Assembly: GCF_964355755.1 (NCBI RefSeq)
Contig: NC_092675.1
Span: forward strand, 28,306,912 to 28,370,911
From: Antedon mediterranea
Lineage: Eukaryota > Animalia > Echinodermata
Reading direction: 5' to 3'
Length of the DNA stretch: 64,000 bases
The notes beneath the pieces were generated by a model. The model was not told the DNA's origin. It did no database searches and saw only the letters and a list, made by a program, of their open reading frames with translations. The position numbers were made by a program, and so were the translations under genes. Shown piece after piece: positions 47,093-62,383 of the stretch (the stretch's first letter is position 1; the number at the start of each line of letters is the position of its first letter).

Positions 47093-50000
47093 TCATTTTG
47101 GACCGTATTCTGCATAGAATGTATTCACTCTTTGAAGAAGATGTCGGTTACGTTCATCCGCTGATCTTCTGGCAGATTCCTGTAAACAAAATGATTTTCA
47201 AAATAATTTAATAATAATAATTTAATAATTTTCTCAGCCGAAACGTATACAAACATATTTATTAATACAGTATTCAGTTTTAATACAATTTGTCTTGTCA
47301 TGTTTTCAGCCAAATACATAATATATCTTCTGGACTTGTCTACGATATATCAAACTAGTTTGACAAAAAAAGTGTGATGTGTCCAAATATGGTAGTGATT
47401 TGATGTCATTGTGACCATATATGAGCAAATCACATGTGAGCTTATGGTCAGTATTTTATTGACCTTCAAGCAATAATAAATAAGTTAGTATGAAATTATT
47501 AAATTTATAAATAATATATCCTACCTCATTCAAATATTTTATCTCCAATGCATCATATTTCATTTGCATTTTTGTCGTTTTCTGCTCATATTCTTCTTTT
47601 TGTCTCTTTAATTCCATCTTCAACATCTCTACCTGTTGTTGAAGATGTTCATACGTCAGGGTGTGATCAATCACTGGTGCTACATCCGGAATATTCGCAT
47701 TTATCTCCTGAGGCGGTTTCGGTGGCCGTTCCGGCACTGGGTGAACGTAATTTGGCGGGATACCATTTGAATGAGGTGTAATAGCATCGTTGTATGAAGA
47801 GAACCTTGGTATGTATGCTTCATCATCGATAAGAATTGAGTTGTTACGATTTGGTTTAGCATACTGACCATTAGATTTTGATGATGCAGATATTACCATT
47901 TGATCTACACTTGTAATAACCTCTTGGGTAACTGAAAACATTTCATCAACGCTAGGATTTCTCGTTTTGAATTTCTCCCGTTTCACTACAGGTCCATCGT
48001 CAATATCTATTAATTTACCTTCAGCGACAGTGTTGTAGCTATCCTCGTTGGCTTTTACCTCTTTTATGAGGTCTAAATGCACGTTTGTGGGCGGGTTCTT
48101 TTTTCGTGGAGGCGCTACGGGAATGTTTGTTTGACGGTATGGTTGAATTGGTACCAATTTCTGTAAAGCTGGAGCAGTGTTTACATTAAAATCTATCATA
48201 TCATTCGGTGGGAACATCTCTTTATGTTTTTCTATAATTAAATGCACAAACTGTTGACTAAGTGATGTAGACTGCATCAACGATGCTGGACTATCTGTGT
48301 TTGGCCGAATAATATTTGGTCCGAAAACTGTAGCGATGTTTTGGACAGTCATTTTATTTTTATCTTCATGTAATGATACGTTATGTAGAAAAATACACAT
48401 GTACCGCAAAAGGTTGTAGTTAGTACGTGGCAAAAGAGCCAGTTGCTTTATAAGTTCTTTTTTGCCCTTTTCGGAATTCTGCAGGAAAAGTTTAATACCG
48501 TTCATGATGTCATCATAATGTGCCCACGGTATAACTGGTTCCGGTAACTCACGTAGATACAGTTTTAATAGAGATGCGACTGTATGTATATCAACATGTT
48601 GTTTGTCAAAATCTGGCTTATCTCCACAATCAAATGAATCCTGCAGTGTTTTGATCATGCTTGACCGACCTGGCAACCTATTAACAAAAGCAACAACAAT
48701 AATTAAAATAAATATAAATATGTAACAAAAATTTAGAATTTCATCTTTGATTAAATTAACTTTTTCACACAGGATAAAATATAGCCTCCCCTTGGGGCTT
48801 CTGCTACTCATCCTATTTTTGAGACAGCGATTTTGTTTAAATTAACGAAATCTTGTGAAATGTCCTTTTAAGAACATTTCTCAAGATTTAAAAATCACCC
48901 GATTCCCAGGGCTGTATCTCCACATACTATATATTTTCTAAGTAACAAAGGAACAGTTGATGTGGTAGCTGCCAGTATCATATAAGGTCAGAGGTTAAAG
49001 ATTACTACTAGATACATGTGAAACACATGTGATGTATTAGCAAATATTCCTGTGATACTGAAGAAATAGATACAGTATCGAGAATCGTCTGTTTAACTAC
49101 AGTATAAGGAAATTGAAAACATTTTTGACTCACTGCTATGTTTTTCACAATACTACAGTCTCTCAATACAGTCTCTTAATATACTATAGTATGTAAAAGA
49201 ATAGTAAAAGCTACCTGAATATGCCTTCTTCAAGGAGTCCATTTTCTACTATGTAATTAACACACTGCTCTACTATTGATGGTATCATCTTGGTAGACGT
49301 TGTACTTTCATTGGTTATAATGTCCAGTAGACTTTGGCCAAACACACCTTATTAAAACAATTAAAAATCAAATCATTTTAAACTTTGAATAGATAGGCAC
49401 GGCAAGAAAATTTCTCAAACGAAAATGAAAATGTTTTAGGGTAGAATTATACATGTCTTAACATGCATAAAATTGCAATATATTTGTATTTAATTTTTAA
49501 TGATATTCGGAAATTAAATGAGGGTGGCTTATCCAGTAAAGGAACTGATCATTAAGGGCCCTTGATAAAACATATAGGACTAGTACTAGTACATCACAGT
49601 CACTGATCATCAACTGGGCCCTCTGGGAGACCAGTCTTTGACTGAAGAGGTCGCCCAGTATAAATATAAATAAATAAAGGATATTCATAACAAAAGCATT
49701 AAATCTCTACATTAAAAATTATAATAATTTTAAATTGTTGACGGATACAAAATATAGAAAAAATTTTACTTATCTAGAAATAAATCATTTAAGTTGGATT
49801 GTGAAGGAGTTAAATGGCAACAGAAAGTTTTATGTTAACAATATGGATTTTGGTAAAATACATCTAAGCTAACTAAACAATTGTTTTCTTTCTTTTATTT
49901 AATTTGTCACACTTTAAATACAAATGTTTGTATTAGTAAGCAGGTATCAGAGAAATAATAAATGTAGTAATCAAATTAATTATAAATAGAGATAAAAAAA

Positions 50001-53000
50001 AATCTCTAAGAATATCCTCTTCTTTGAAAAGATATAATTGAAAACCATTACAACAGTAGACTTTCTATTTGCCAGGGAAGTCGGCAGTAAAATTATACTA
50101 GATTCAGTACGGCATTAAATAAACAAGACATGTGATTTTCATTATTGATTGAAATTTACATTCATGTGACAGAAACCAAAAGTTGTTATACAATATCTAG
50201 GGCAAAGGTGAGTGACCTTTGGCATACTTGTATGATTGACTGTCATGATAAGATTTCATAATTAATAAATAATTAATTTAGTGATGATAATTGATATCAA
50301 TATGGCAGTTATTAAACATGTAAATCCATAACATACTAGAATCATAACATAGTTGCTTAATATTCAGTTAATCTGGGAAGTGTTGAATTTTAAGTGTAAC
50401 TTTATATAAAAACGATTATCATAATATACTTCCAATTTTTGGCTTTCGTAACTGGAAGTAGCAGGAAACTTTTGATATTAATGTTTAAAGAAACACCTTT
50501 TCACCATAGAAACCATGATACGAACAAAGCACATGTATGACAGTGCCAATACAATTGATGATCATTTCTTAAATTATTGACCAGTAAAGTAAGTAAGTAC
50601 TATTGATCTCTCACTCCGACCATATCTTTATTGTATTTGAATTCACCCCTGATTTGTTCAATGGTAGAAAGGCGCATTCACTCGATCAACAATGTAATTC
50701 TAAATAATATATTCTCTGATTTTAAATTTAAACTAAAAATCTGTGAATGTCACTATGATAAAGAATTGCACCTTTAATGATGTTTGATTAATTTCTGAGA
50801 TTTTCAATTTTATTTTATTGTCTACAAGTTTCATATACTCATTTTAAAGTTTTGTTTGAATTTTTTGTAAATCAAAAGATAATTTGAATTAATTGTTGTA
50901 GTTATTGTATACATATAGTAATATCAGACTTTTATTGTATATTACGTCCCTGTCGATTAAACAAAAATATTATATTATTATGTATCAAGTAATAGTTTAA
51001 CTTGTATGTTACATCTATAAATAAGTAACTTGCCTTTGAAACTAAAATGTAACAGTTTGTAATTTAATATCCTACTTTAATAAGCTTTCTGCTAAGATTA
51101 ATAAATAAGTGCAAATATACAGTAATCCACAGTGTAACATATCTATCAGGCAAGTGGTTAATTCGCTGAAGACATTATTTTACCTAGCTTTAAATTATAA
51201 TAAAGCAAGCTCTGTCCACACTATCAAACTATTTTGACAAAAAAATTGTGTTGTGTCCAAATATGGTGGTGATATGACATCATGTCCATATATGGGCACA
51301 TAACGTTTGATAAGTGTAGACAGAGTTTAAGAAATCAGTAAACAAGTTTTCATTACTTTACTAAGAGCTGATAAACTCATTTTTACTTCAAAATAATAAT
51401 AAAATAATACTTTGCACTTGAAAGATTGTGTTATACTAATAAGGAAAACATTACTGTGATCAAATTTATTAAATAATGTAATGGAATTTTCAATAATTTA
51501 AATTCTTGTTCTTGTTTAGTTAGCCGTTCTCGATTTAGAACATCAGGCCGTCATTGACAGAAGTTTGTTAATTAATTAATTAATTAATTAATTAATATTT
51601 TAAAAAGAGAGTCTTCAAAACAGAAAATGTAAATAAAATCGTACATTGAAACAACAAATAAGGTAAATTATACAGACTACTTTTTTTAGGAATCAAATTT
51701 GAAGTTAAAACACTTATATACACCTTCGTAAGATCCCTAAATAAACATAAAAATCATAAACAAAAGCATATATAAGTTGACATATGCATTGACTTTTTGT
51801 GAGAGAGACCAGTAACTTATGTGTATCTTTAATAATTTATTTTACTCTTTTTATTATTTTTAGGTAATATCATTAGTTAAATCACTCTGGATTTCTTTAG
51901 AAATGTGTCGCTGTTTATGAAGCAAAGCTTCAAAATAAATTATTATTAAATTAAACTTTCAACAGGTGAACATTTTGTAAGCTTTTAGTTAGTTTTATGT
52001 GGGAGAACAAGAAACTGTTATAAAACAGCTATCCGGTATTCTTCTTTATAGTTTTGTTGCTATTTTTAGAGTTTTATAGTGTAAAATGGTGTATTTCCCT
52101 TTTCAATCAACACAGACTGTTATCTATCTTCTACCTGTCATTATTGTTTAAGAATAGACAGGTATATCAATGAAAAGTATTTACACTTCAAATCAAATTA
52201 ATTTCAAATTTATTAATTTTGATACTTATAGTTATTAGAATGCATGCAGTATACAGTTTAAGAATTGTTTTTATTTAATTTAAATTCTTATTTTTTTTAC
52301 CTGTCATCATTGTTTAAAAATAGACAGGTATTACAATGAATCTTATTTTACATTTCAAATCAAATTAATTTCAAATTAATTTATTTTGATACTGAGTCAA
52401 TAAGAATTGTTGTCATTTAAATTCTTATTTTTTAGACTTCTTATGGTTTAAATGATTTCCTTCATTTACATTTTGTCTTTTCTTGCAATGCTTATTTATT
52501 TTTCAGTAATTTTGATTTTAATATAAATATATTTCTTTTTCCTGGTGGAACTAGCCTTGGTTTGTTCAAATTCTGGGAAATTTTAATAAATTGAATAATT
52601 TGTTTGCAAAACTATGTACTAAATTTTCAAATGAAAGTCAAATTTAATTTAATTTCAAGTGAACAACTGCTTTCCCATATGGTAAGTGATTTAATGCTCC
52701 TGTTTGCTACTGAATGGCTTTTCAAAACACAAATTATTAGTAATTGGCACACAATAATAGGCCTATGTAAAACAATTACCTCGGCCAACTTTTGCATACA
52801 TAACTCTCTGTATCTCCTGGATCCATTTGTCCATATCAATCTGTGTAGACGCCAATAGTAAGAAAGTGTCATGATTACCCGCTAACCTTCCGGTGTGTCC
52901 CTCACCTACGAAGGAAAAAACAGCATTATTTCATAAAAAATCATGAACTAAATTTATTTCAGAAAAGATAAAAAATGACTTTATACTCGACATGAAAATA

Positions 53001-54374
53001 GGTAATAGAATATTAGGTTAAGTGCAAACTTCCATTTTTTTTAAATGTTTTATTTAATTAATAGGGGTGGGGAGGGGCAGGTGGTGCACAGCCAAATGCC
53101 CACCTCCAACAATACCTCCTTGAATCCACCTATGACTATTATTACCATTTTATCTATGATATTTTTTTTAAATTTATTGGGTTTTACAAGACGTGATATA
53201 TGGAAAAAGTTTATTGCACATGCACTACTTGAATCAGATTAAAATTTCTTTAAATTGCTTCACTTTATCATATTATTCTCATTTACTCCTATCAATGGCA
53301 ATATAAAAATATCTTATAATTGTATCTTAATTCCCATTCAAAATAAAATTTGATAACAATTATCACTAATGGCTAGGCTGTGCCGTCAAAACTAATACAC
53401 TTAATATTTACATCTAATTCATTTTGCTATTATTGACTATAATTGCAATTAATTATCTCAATTAAGAAACTATGTACATATTTCTTATCTCCACCACACA
53501 ATTTATGAAGGAGTGAATCTACAAAATTTAAGTGTGGGCTTAATTTATTTGTAGACGTTGATTGGCAGACCCTGTTTTTTGTTTGCTTTTACAAACTTAA
53601 ACATCCGTCGTCGTAGCAATTCCAGCTTTGCCATGTATACTACCAGACAGCATGGATCCCAAAGGACTTATACAACTGTCATACATGCCGATTAGCGGAA
53701 ACATATGACTATACTTTTATAGAAGTATTGTTTGCATAGTTATACACAATAGGGTAAAATAAAATCACCAATGTAGAAACCATTATAAAATACAATAATT
53801 AATCTATTTTGATATTTAAAATAATCCCCGTGTTTTTTTTGATTTCTCAAATTTTAAATTTGTTTTGAAAATGTAACAATTTGGTTGCATAATGTCAAGT
53901 TGTTTGTTTCCACTTTATCATTGTTTTATACAGTAGAACCCATCCTTTAGAATACCATATTAAGAGGATACATTCCAATAAAAACGAAAAATGAATGTTT
54001 TAATGATACAACCAATCCTCTATTGAAAGGAGGCTTTATTGCATCCTAAAAGTGTCTTCTTAGTAGGGGCTATACTCTAGTTCACAAAATTTCAATTAAG
54101 ATGTTGTATAAGCTGATTTTCATTATGTACCGTTTGAAATCTCGAACAGAAACTTGTTGGGATCATCTGGATTATGCGCATGTTTAAAGACCTTGTTTCC
54201 TTTCAGTGGAATGGCTCCAAGATGCCGTTGATCATCCTCTCGTTGATAGTAGTACAGGTGATCATTTACGAGGATAAAGAATCGTCTTTGCCATGTTTTG
54301 ATCACGCCTCCTTGTTTCTTAAGCCAGCCCTGGTGGATGATGCTTGAATGGTTGAATGGGCGACTTTCAGTCAT
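47093..54374 (-). CDS. ARHGAP24: PH-domain RhoGAP of the ARHGAP22/24(FilGAP)/25 family, at least 5 coding exons, ~580 aa
   Basis: Exons (minus): 54131-54374 (the exon is open up to an acceptor at ~54402), 52780-52905, 49215-49347, 47525-48677, 47093-47179 (1743 nt). PH domain GWLKKQGGVIKTWQRRFF...NHDTFLLLASTQIDMDKW; GVFGQSL; arginine finger EEGIFRLPG; DIHTVASLLKLYLRELPEPVIP; NKMTVQNIATVFGPNI; C-terminal coiled coil ending SADERNRHLLQRVNTFYAEYG. Likely a pro-orthologue of ARHGAP22/24/25; further 5' exons are possible. Confidence 0.92.
48898..49088. mobile_element. Inverted-repeat element, family D copy in a RhoGAP intron
   Basis: CCGATTCCCAGGGCTGTATCTCCACATA ... AAATATTCCTGTGATACTGAAGAAATAGATACAGTATCGAGAATCG. 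Confidence 0.7.
52134..52430. repeat. Degenerate ~165-bp tandem duplication in a RhoGAP intron
   Basis: ACCTGTCAT.ATTGTTTAA.AATAGACAGGTAT...TTTACA.TTCAAATCAAATTAATTTCAAATT at 52134 and 52299. Confidence 0.75.
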
Positions 54375-54729
54375 GTTGTGTCTCTGTACTGCAAATGAAA
54401 GCTGTAAGACAAAAATAGTGAATTATGTATAAACATATAAAGGTTCACAGTATTTCTACTTAAAACTGTTTGCACTCCTTTCAAATTTTCTCGATTAACA
54501 GTTCTAAATCAGCCTTTTCCAGTTTACGGTTTATAGTAAACAAGACTCCTTGTAGAGTTTTTTCGGTTTTTCCAACGAGATTCACCATCACGTTTGCTGC
54601 TGGTCTCTACTTGGAAATGTGTACAGTACTTTCAATCGCAAGCTACAGGCTTGTTTTTCAATGTTTTCTTTTTTTTTACTTCTACAGGTTCTGCTATAGA
54701 TACGATTCAATGTCAAACAGACCAAACGT

Positions 54730-55140
54730 CTGCTCTCATCCTCACTATCTGGAATGAAGTCTGCCAAACTTTCAACAAGCTCCTAATAGAAAAAAGGGGT
54801 TTCATTTGCAAGCTACAGAAAACCTCTTGAAACTTCTAAAGAAATAACTCATAATAAATAAAATCTTAAATATGGGGTTGATACTAAATCCCGCCTTCAT
54901 CATCACTGTCTGGAATAAATGGAAGTCTGCAAAACTTTTAACAAGTTCCTAAAGTAACTCTACTTTGAAAAGGGCATTCAAGAAAATAGGGTTTATTCAC
55001 AAGCTACAAACATCTTGTAACTGCTAAAAGAAATAACTAATAACAAACAAAAGCTTTAAATATGAGGTTGATACTAAATCCTGCCCTCATCATCACTGTC
55101 TGGAATAGGGTCTGCAAAACTTTCAACAAGTTCCTAATAG
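54730..55140. repeat. Three degenerate ~160-190-bp tandem copies upstream of the RhoGAP PH exon
   Basis: C.GCYYTCATC.TCACT.TCTGGAAT...GTCTGC.AAACTTT.AACAAG.TCCTAA at ~54730, ~54890 and ~55080. Confidence 0.75.
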
Positions 55141-58100
55141 TAACCATGAACTGAAAATCAGACAACCTAGAAAACAAAGAGTCGTAGGCGTTTGATTCAT
55201 AAAGTTCCCTTGCTAGCATCATGGACATTTTCCACCAGACAAGCTTTCAACACACTAGCATTAGCAACACACTGGCAACAATTACAATGCAAAATGCATA
55301 CAATACTGTTTAACTATAATCAACTGAATTGAATCACACTTTCACATTTCCGCACAGTTTCATGAATTCAATCATTTTGTATTGTTAACAATATTACTAT
55401 AATTATAACTTTCAATCAAATTAACTGCAGAATTTCCGTATGTAAAAAATACATAGTACTATGGTTTAGAATTTCCGCACATAATAAACAATCAAATTAA
55501 ACGCATGTTTCCGCACTTCAAACTCTCCGCATTGCCTAGAGAACTTTTAAAAGTCTAATAACCACAAATGTGATGGAAAATCTGAAACAAATCTTAAGTT
55601 GTTCATAATTCACATCCTCTATTAATTTAGCTTATTATCAGGTGTCAAACAGATAAAGACTTGAAAACAATTCAATAAAATAAGTCATCAATTTGATTAG
55701 TTGCAGCAAATGATTTGAGGTGAATGCCCACCTATTTGTATTGGATGTTGTAGGATAAATCTACACAGCCTTCTGGTACTGTGTAATTAGTTTGAATAGA
55801 TTAAAACACACTGGTGCTAGTAAGCAACTGGTTCTATTAAAGAGTGTAATTGTAATATTATTGCCTACCTTCCAAAAAATCAAATAACAAATTATTTTTG
55901 TACTTGTATCAGAAGAGAAAAACAATTTTGTTTAAATATGGATACAAATAATACTGATAATTTGTAAAAAAAAAAAAATTAAATATTCAAAAAATATTTA
56001 ATTTCTTTCATCCATCTCTCTATGACAAATTCAAATGTACTATTAAGGTATAGTGTATCAAGGTATGAAAAATTGAAATTTATATATTAAATATTAGATA
56101 TCTAATTGAATAAGTCATCAAAACAGTTATCTTGGAAACTCCTTTTAAAGTTGAATGTCCAGCAAACTTGAGACCATTTTAGATTAATTTGCTTCTAGCG
56201 GATTTCAAACTATATAGCACAGTAGTTTCAAATTAAAATTTCTTTTGGATTCAATTAAAAACAAAATAAGTCATCAAATTCATCTGAATTGTCATCATAT
56301 TATATGCTTTATTTCCAAATTTCCGCTAATTATAATGATCAAAATCAAAAATTTATAAATCACAGATGAGGATAACTCAATTTAAAAAAAAAATGAGATA
56401 AAGTCATTAATAATCATTTTATTAAAGGTGAATGGCCATCTATTTTCAACTAAAATTCACCTACAGGGAGAAACAATCTACCAAAATCACGAGTCAAAAC
56501 CAGCTATTATCTTCTCTTACCTGTACACGCCTTAGAGCTGTGAAAACTCAATTTATTTTTGACGCAATTTTCTTGACCAATGCGTTAATATTAATTTTCT
56601 TTTTTCCATGATTGACAGAGCTTAGGGACTCAAATCTCATGAGAGGCAAGAGCTTATAAAGTAATTGAGTAATCAAGACCTCAAAGTCATACACCGACAA
56701 TTAAACATTTCCTTGGCTTGAAAATGACTGAGCGAGTTCCTTTAGCTTCTAACAATGGCATCGAGTGAAGCATAAAGGATACTTCAATTAGCAACGCATA
56801 AATTCCTACAACAGGTAAAGGTGTGTGCCTGTATTGATTGTAAACAAAGGCACAATGTGTAAATTAATATCAGATTACATTTACTAATTAATGATTGAAG
56901 TTGCTAATCCACTACACATTTTGAGAGTTGATCAAGTACCTGGAACACTGTGGTACTTTGTTTTATCCTAATAATAAATAAGAATATCTTTTAAACTGAA
57001 AGAGAAACAGTATAGTGGCACTGTAGGCTGGTGCCAAATATTTGTGCCTTCCAGAGTTAGGTTTGGGTTCAAATCTGAATTGTTCCTGTAAACTCACTGA
57101 AGAACTGCATGAAATTTTAAATAAGATGCCTTACATTATATTCCTATAGCACATTTTTGTTAAATGTGTTTGTAAAGGGAATTGAACCTACACCTTTTAT
57201 TAAATGCACATAGCATCTCTATCAACCATGTTGATTAACATGTTTGATGATATCTAAAACTGCATTTTATTTACATGCACATAAATATACACACACATAA
57301 AAAATGTGAAAAATAAATTACAAACTGGACATACTGTACCATTACCAATAACGACATTTTTCAGATGTCCTAAATAATTTTAAAGGAAATGTAGCTCACC
57401 ACAACCACTTTGTAACGTTCCACGTGATCATGTGATTGATTAGGTATGCAATGACCAGAATAAGGCAATTATAAGAGAGAGATACAAACACTGATAGTTA
57501 ACGTGGCCTAGAAATTAACGTGGCCATAATCAGGCAGCCTGGTGTCAACAGCTTGGACTAAGGGTCAGTCAAGAGGCAAAACAAAACAAAAATCTTGTAA
57601 TTAAATCAATATACTTAAACATCAAAACAACTAATTTGACAGGTTTTTCCAAAGTATCATCAATTTCACATCCATTTTTGGTCAAAACCTCAGTAGCCTA
57701 ATTAATCCTGACAAATATCCGAAAACAGGGTATACTTATTGTTGATTACACGATGACAGAAATGTGGAAATATTGACAGATAATAAACTCTGCACTTTTG
57801 ACTTATTATTTTACATAAAGTTTTAAATATGCCTGCATATTTATCAACACACTATTTTATGTGACTTATTGTTGGCCACTTTTTTCATCAAAGGGTTAAA
57901 CAAGACAGCGGTTATAGGACGAATTATATGAAATTATCGAACAACACACTAAAAATGAAAACAAAAATAACACCAAACTTTAAATTTAGTTTTGAGAGCT
58001 ACACCCGACAGAAAATGTCAGTGTTGAAAATAATAATGTCTCTATGGGTTGAACTTGAGACAAAAAAATGTCATGCACATGAAACCAGTCAACCACTCCC

Positions 58101-61100
58101 AATGGAAAACACAAGTACTTTCAATCTGTATCAAATGCATACAAATCCATGTGACAATTCCAAGAAAAAATAGCATTTTCATTTTTGCAAAGAGTACAAT
58201 AGCCTATATTAGGCCTGGGAAAGAAAATGACATAATCTTTTTTTGCAAGATCATAATGGAAAAAATCTTGAAGCGATGAACAAAAGGCCCGGAGTTACAA
58301 AAGATATTCTTTGTCATATTCTACCAAACAGGAAATGCTGTCATGTCCAATTTGATACAGAGCTTAAAACTCCGCAGACGCTGAATTGTACGCTGCAGTT
58401 GACACGCATCTTTCAACAGTTTGTATGATTCACATAACTCCACATTTCAGCCACTGGTGTGTGCGAACGAAGAACAATATTTGGTTTCACATTTTAGGTA
58501 TTGTAGATAAGATGCTTAGTAGATTCAACAGTTAATGCATTATAAAAACGTTTATGTTTCATATTTGACAACAAAAACATCAATATTACAGTATAAACAA
58601 TTTGTTCATGTATTATATTTATTTACTACAGAAATAATTTGCAATATCACAGTGTATATATCAAGCATTTAGCTAGGATTTTTATAGGAAGTTCATTTTT
58701 TTCAAAGAGGTGAAAACATCATCATGAGCTAGGTTAGCTAGGCTTAGCCTACTTCCACTACTGTGATCGCTAGAGTTTGAAAAGGAGTTTTCAAAACTTG
58801 ACACATCTTTTTGATTGACCATAATTGATAGTGATTCTCTCACGTTTAAAAATTGTGGATTCGCACTGAATTTATTAGAGATCAATTTTCAATATTTGTT
58901 TACAAATGAAAAATTGTAATAATCTACTAAATTTATTTTGATTATTGTTGCAACATATCATAGAGATAATAGTTAACTATGAATGATTATGAACATATTA
59001 AACATTAAAAATGTTATAAAAATAAGCTCCTAAAAAAGCAATTACTGGTGGACCTCCTTTAGAAAACTTGAATTTCATTTATGAATAGATTAACAATCAT
59101 TAAACTGTTATGTTTATCAAACAATACACATACATTACAACAATTATCATAAAATTTCTTTTAACCAAGGCCTATTCTGTAAATAGTTTCAGATTTTAAA
59201 ATCATTATGCAGTATGTAATCAGCTTTTTTCTTGGCTGTCCCCATTTTTTTTTTAATTACTCCAAATCTCTGTTGAATTACATTGCTTAATTAAATTACA
59301 CTTTCATGTAACTTGTTTTAAGGTTTTGAGAATGTTTGATAATGATATTATTCTATCATTTAAAAAAATAAATATCAAAGAATGTTTTACAATACTAAAT
59401 TATTAGGTTATCGTTTAAGAGAAACAAAATGGACCAAGGGGAATGAACCTGATATGACCAATGTGTTGATAGAGACGTCAGCATATTACGTCATTGCTTT
59501 GAAATTAAATTAAGAAACTAATTTACTTTAAATGAAATACTAATTTTAAATTGAACAACCCTTTGACAATCAAAATATTTGTAATACAATTTAAAAGTTG
59601 ATACTTATATTGTTAAAAAAACACTTAATATCAAAATAAAAAATACAATTAATTTAAAAATTGACTTTATAAACAGCAGTTTAAAGTTAATATATACAAA
59701 ATAATAAAGTGTTAACGTAACATGTGACCATAAGTGCTTGTTACGACGCCATGCACTTCCTATTTCGTCCGCTGGGCAATTTGTAAAATAAGGAGTAGAA
59801 GCCAACAAACTAAACTTCCAATTATAATTTAAGAAAGCTTCTACTAGACTATATTTAAAAAATGCTGATTTTTATCCTACCTTTTGTGCATTCAATTAAC
59901 TAATTAAGATCTTTTAAATAGATTTGACAATTCTGTGTGACCCTGATGTCAAACTTACAGAAAACATTAATTAATGTTGGCAGTGTACGTAATATTCACA
60001 CTTAACTAAAAGTTTTTGGAATTTGAGTTCTAAATTAACATTAGTTATAGTCAAATACAAGAATTGCTCTCGATTGCAATGTGGAAAAGATGTATATAAA
60101 ACTGATGAGAATATTGGCTATGTGTTTTAGGAGGATCAAGAAGTTTTACGTTTTTGGTGTTTTTAATTTTTATTGTATTTGTTTATTAAGAGGACCCAAA
60201 ACAGAAATGCCGACAATATATAAATATAACAAATATGGTATACTAATACTATAATATTGTTTTGTTTATATGAAATTTATGTTTTTTTTAAGAACTATTA
60301 AGTTGGTTTTCTCATCTCCTTTTTTCGTTATAAGAACACAGATCATTCTGGATGTGGTTGCTAAACTAAAAAAAAAACTTCAGGATTCCCAATTTTTATG
60401 AAAATTTATGCAAATATACGGACATACAGAAATGGAAATAGCTACAGAAATTAATAGAACTATAATGAATAAGATATGGCCTCAAATTATGGGACATCCC
60501 AGGTAAAATAATAAGCATCAAATCACAGGGTGGTGGTCTTTCGTTTTTTCATGACGCACCACCGAGCATCAAAAATCTTGTAAAGTCAGAAATTATGCAC
60601 AGAATGAGGGATGTGTAAAAAAACGAGTGACATTTTCTATTTACTACGGAAATTGTTTATCAAAACTATTGGAATTAGAACGCTGAAACATAAAATGCGA
60701 CAGTAGTTAAAAGATTTTGGTGACTTAAGATGGCCAATCCAAGTTTCAAGAAGCTGCCAAAATGTCTGGTGAAGAATTGGCATGAGATTGCAAAAAACAG
60801 TACAAGTCTTGAGAACAACTTAACGGTTTCCACCACATATACCTAATTAAATTAAACTACTCAATTACTAATACTAACAAAACTGTTGTATGAAAAAGTC
60901 TGAGTAGATTAATCACGATTAGTTGTCTGATAAAGATGATAATTTTGTCATACACTATATATTCTTAGAATTTTAAAAGAAGCAGGAAACTTCTAAAGTT
61001 GTTTGAACCAATAATAATTGTTGACATACAGTATACAAACAGTAAGTGACAATGTGCAGTGTCTTGCTGTACTTGTGTGTATTTTTAGATGCTATAATAA

Positions 61101-62278
61101 GATAACATTTTGCCATGCTGAATTACAAGAAAGAATTTTAAAAATGTGAAATAAATATTCTACAGCCCATACATGGATTTCGGTAAAGACATTATAGATT
61201 CAAATGGAAAAAGTTGAAGTTATCTAATCTGTAGGTTAGATAACAACTTATCCTACAAGGTAGAAACATATCACTCCTTTTACATCAAACTCCAAAATTT
61301 CTCCATCCAGAGTTTTGTTAGTTGATGTGAAAGGGGTATGATCTAAACTTGTTAAAACCTACTTTGCAAATATACATACAAAAGTTGTAAAAAAAAAACA
61401 CCCTATATTTTGTATTCATATTTGTTCATGTCATAAATAATTGGTTATTAACAAGGTTGTCTGGCTCCCACCAAGGCTTAACCCTTTGTGGGGACCTTAT
61501 GTATCCCCACTTCTCCTTGGGCGAGGACTTGCAGAAAAACCTCCTTAAAATACTACAATACTACAGTACTACAACAATCAGGATTAAATAATGTAAAATG
61601 CACAACAATCACCAAACGCTACCATGTGACATTATTTATTAACATCAAATTATTACAGTATTTATAGTTTAATACTTTAAACCACAAATTACACAATCTT
61701 TTTTAACACTGGTCATTTCCATGTCTAGCCAATGTCAATAATTTCTATTAACTATGGTCTCATGTTACCCAGTTTAAAACATGGGTACTTACCTGGAAAA
61801 TTAACATTTAACAAATGTTGGACGATTGATACAAGAAACACTTGCCTGGGGAACTGACATATTCCATGGCTATTCACAAACAACTCGAGGAAATAATGTT
61901 AACTAAATATTTGCAATCCAATAACGGACACTTTAAAATTAATATCAAAATGTATATTAGGAAAGAACAGCTTCCCTAAAACAATGTCTTCAAGTAATAC
62001 GAAACCAGTACCACATCTTAACCTGTACATTTGATCACATCTGCAATATAATAAGGAAGTCCGGAAGCCATAGCAGCTTTCTATTGATATCTACAAACTA
62101 TTTATTACATGCAATATTCAATTCTTTTCCTCGTTCGACAAAAGACATAACAATACAACACGATAACATTCAATATTTGAATGCAGATGTTTTCCTTTTA
62201 TAATATATCCTGTAAATTTTACAAGTGGCACCTAAATGCACGAATTAATTAATTAATAAAAAGACAGCACTATTATTA

Positions 62279-62383
62279 AAGCTCTGTCTACACTACCAAA
62301 CTTGATGTGACAAAAAAATAGGATGTGCCCATATACTGTATGGACTCGATGACATCTTACCACTACCATATTTGGGCATATCA
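62279..62383. mobile_element. MITE family A partial copy
   Basis: AGCTCTGTCTACACTACCAAACTTGATGTGACAAAAAAATAGGATGTGCCCATATA...CACTACCATATTTGGGCATATCAC. Confidence 0.75.
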
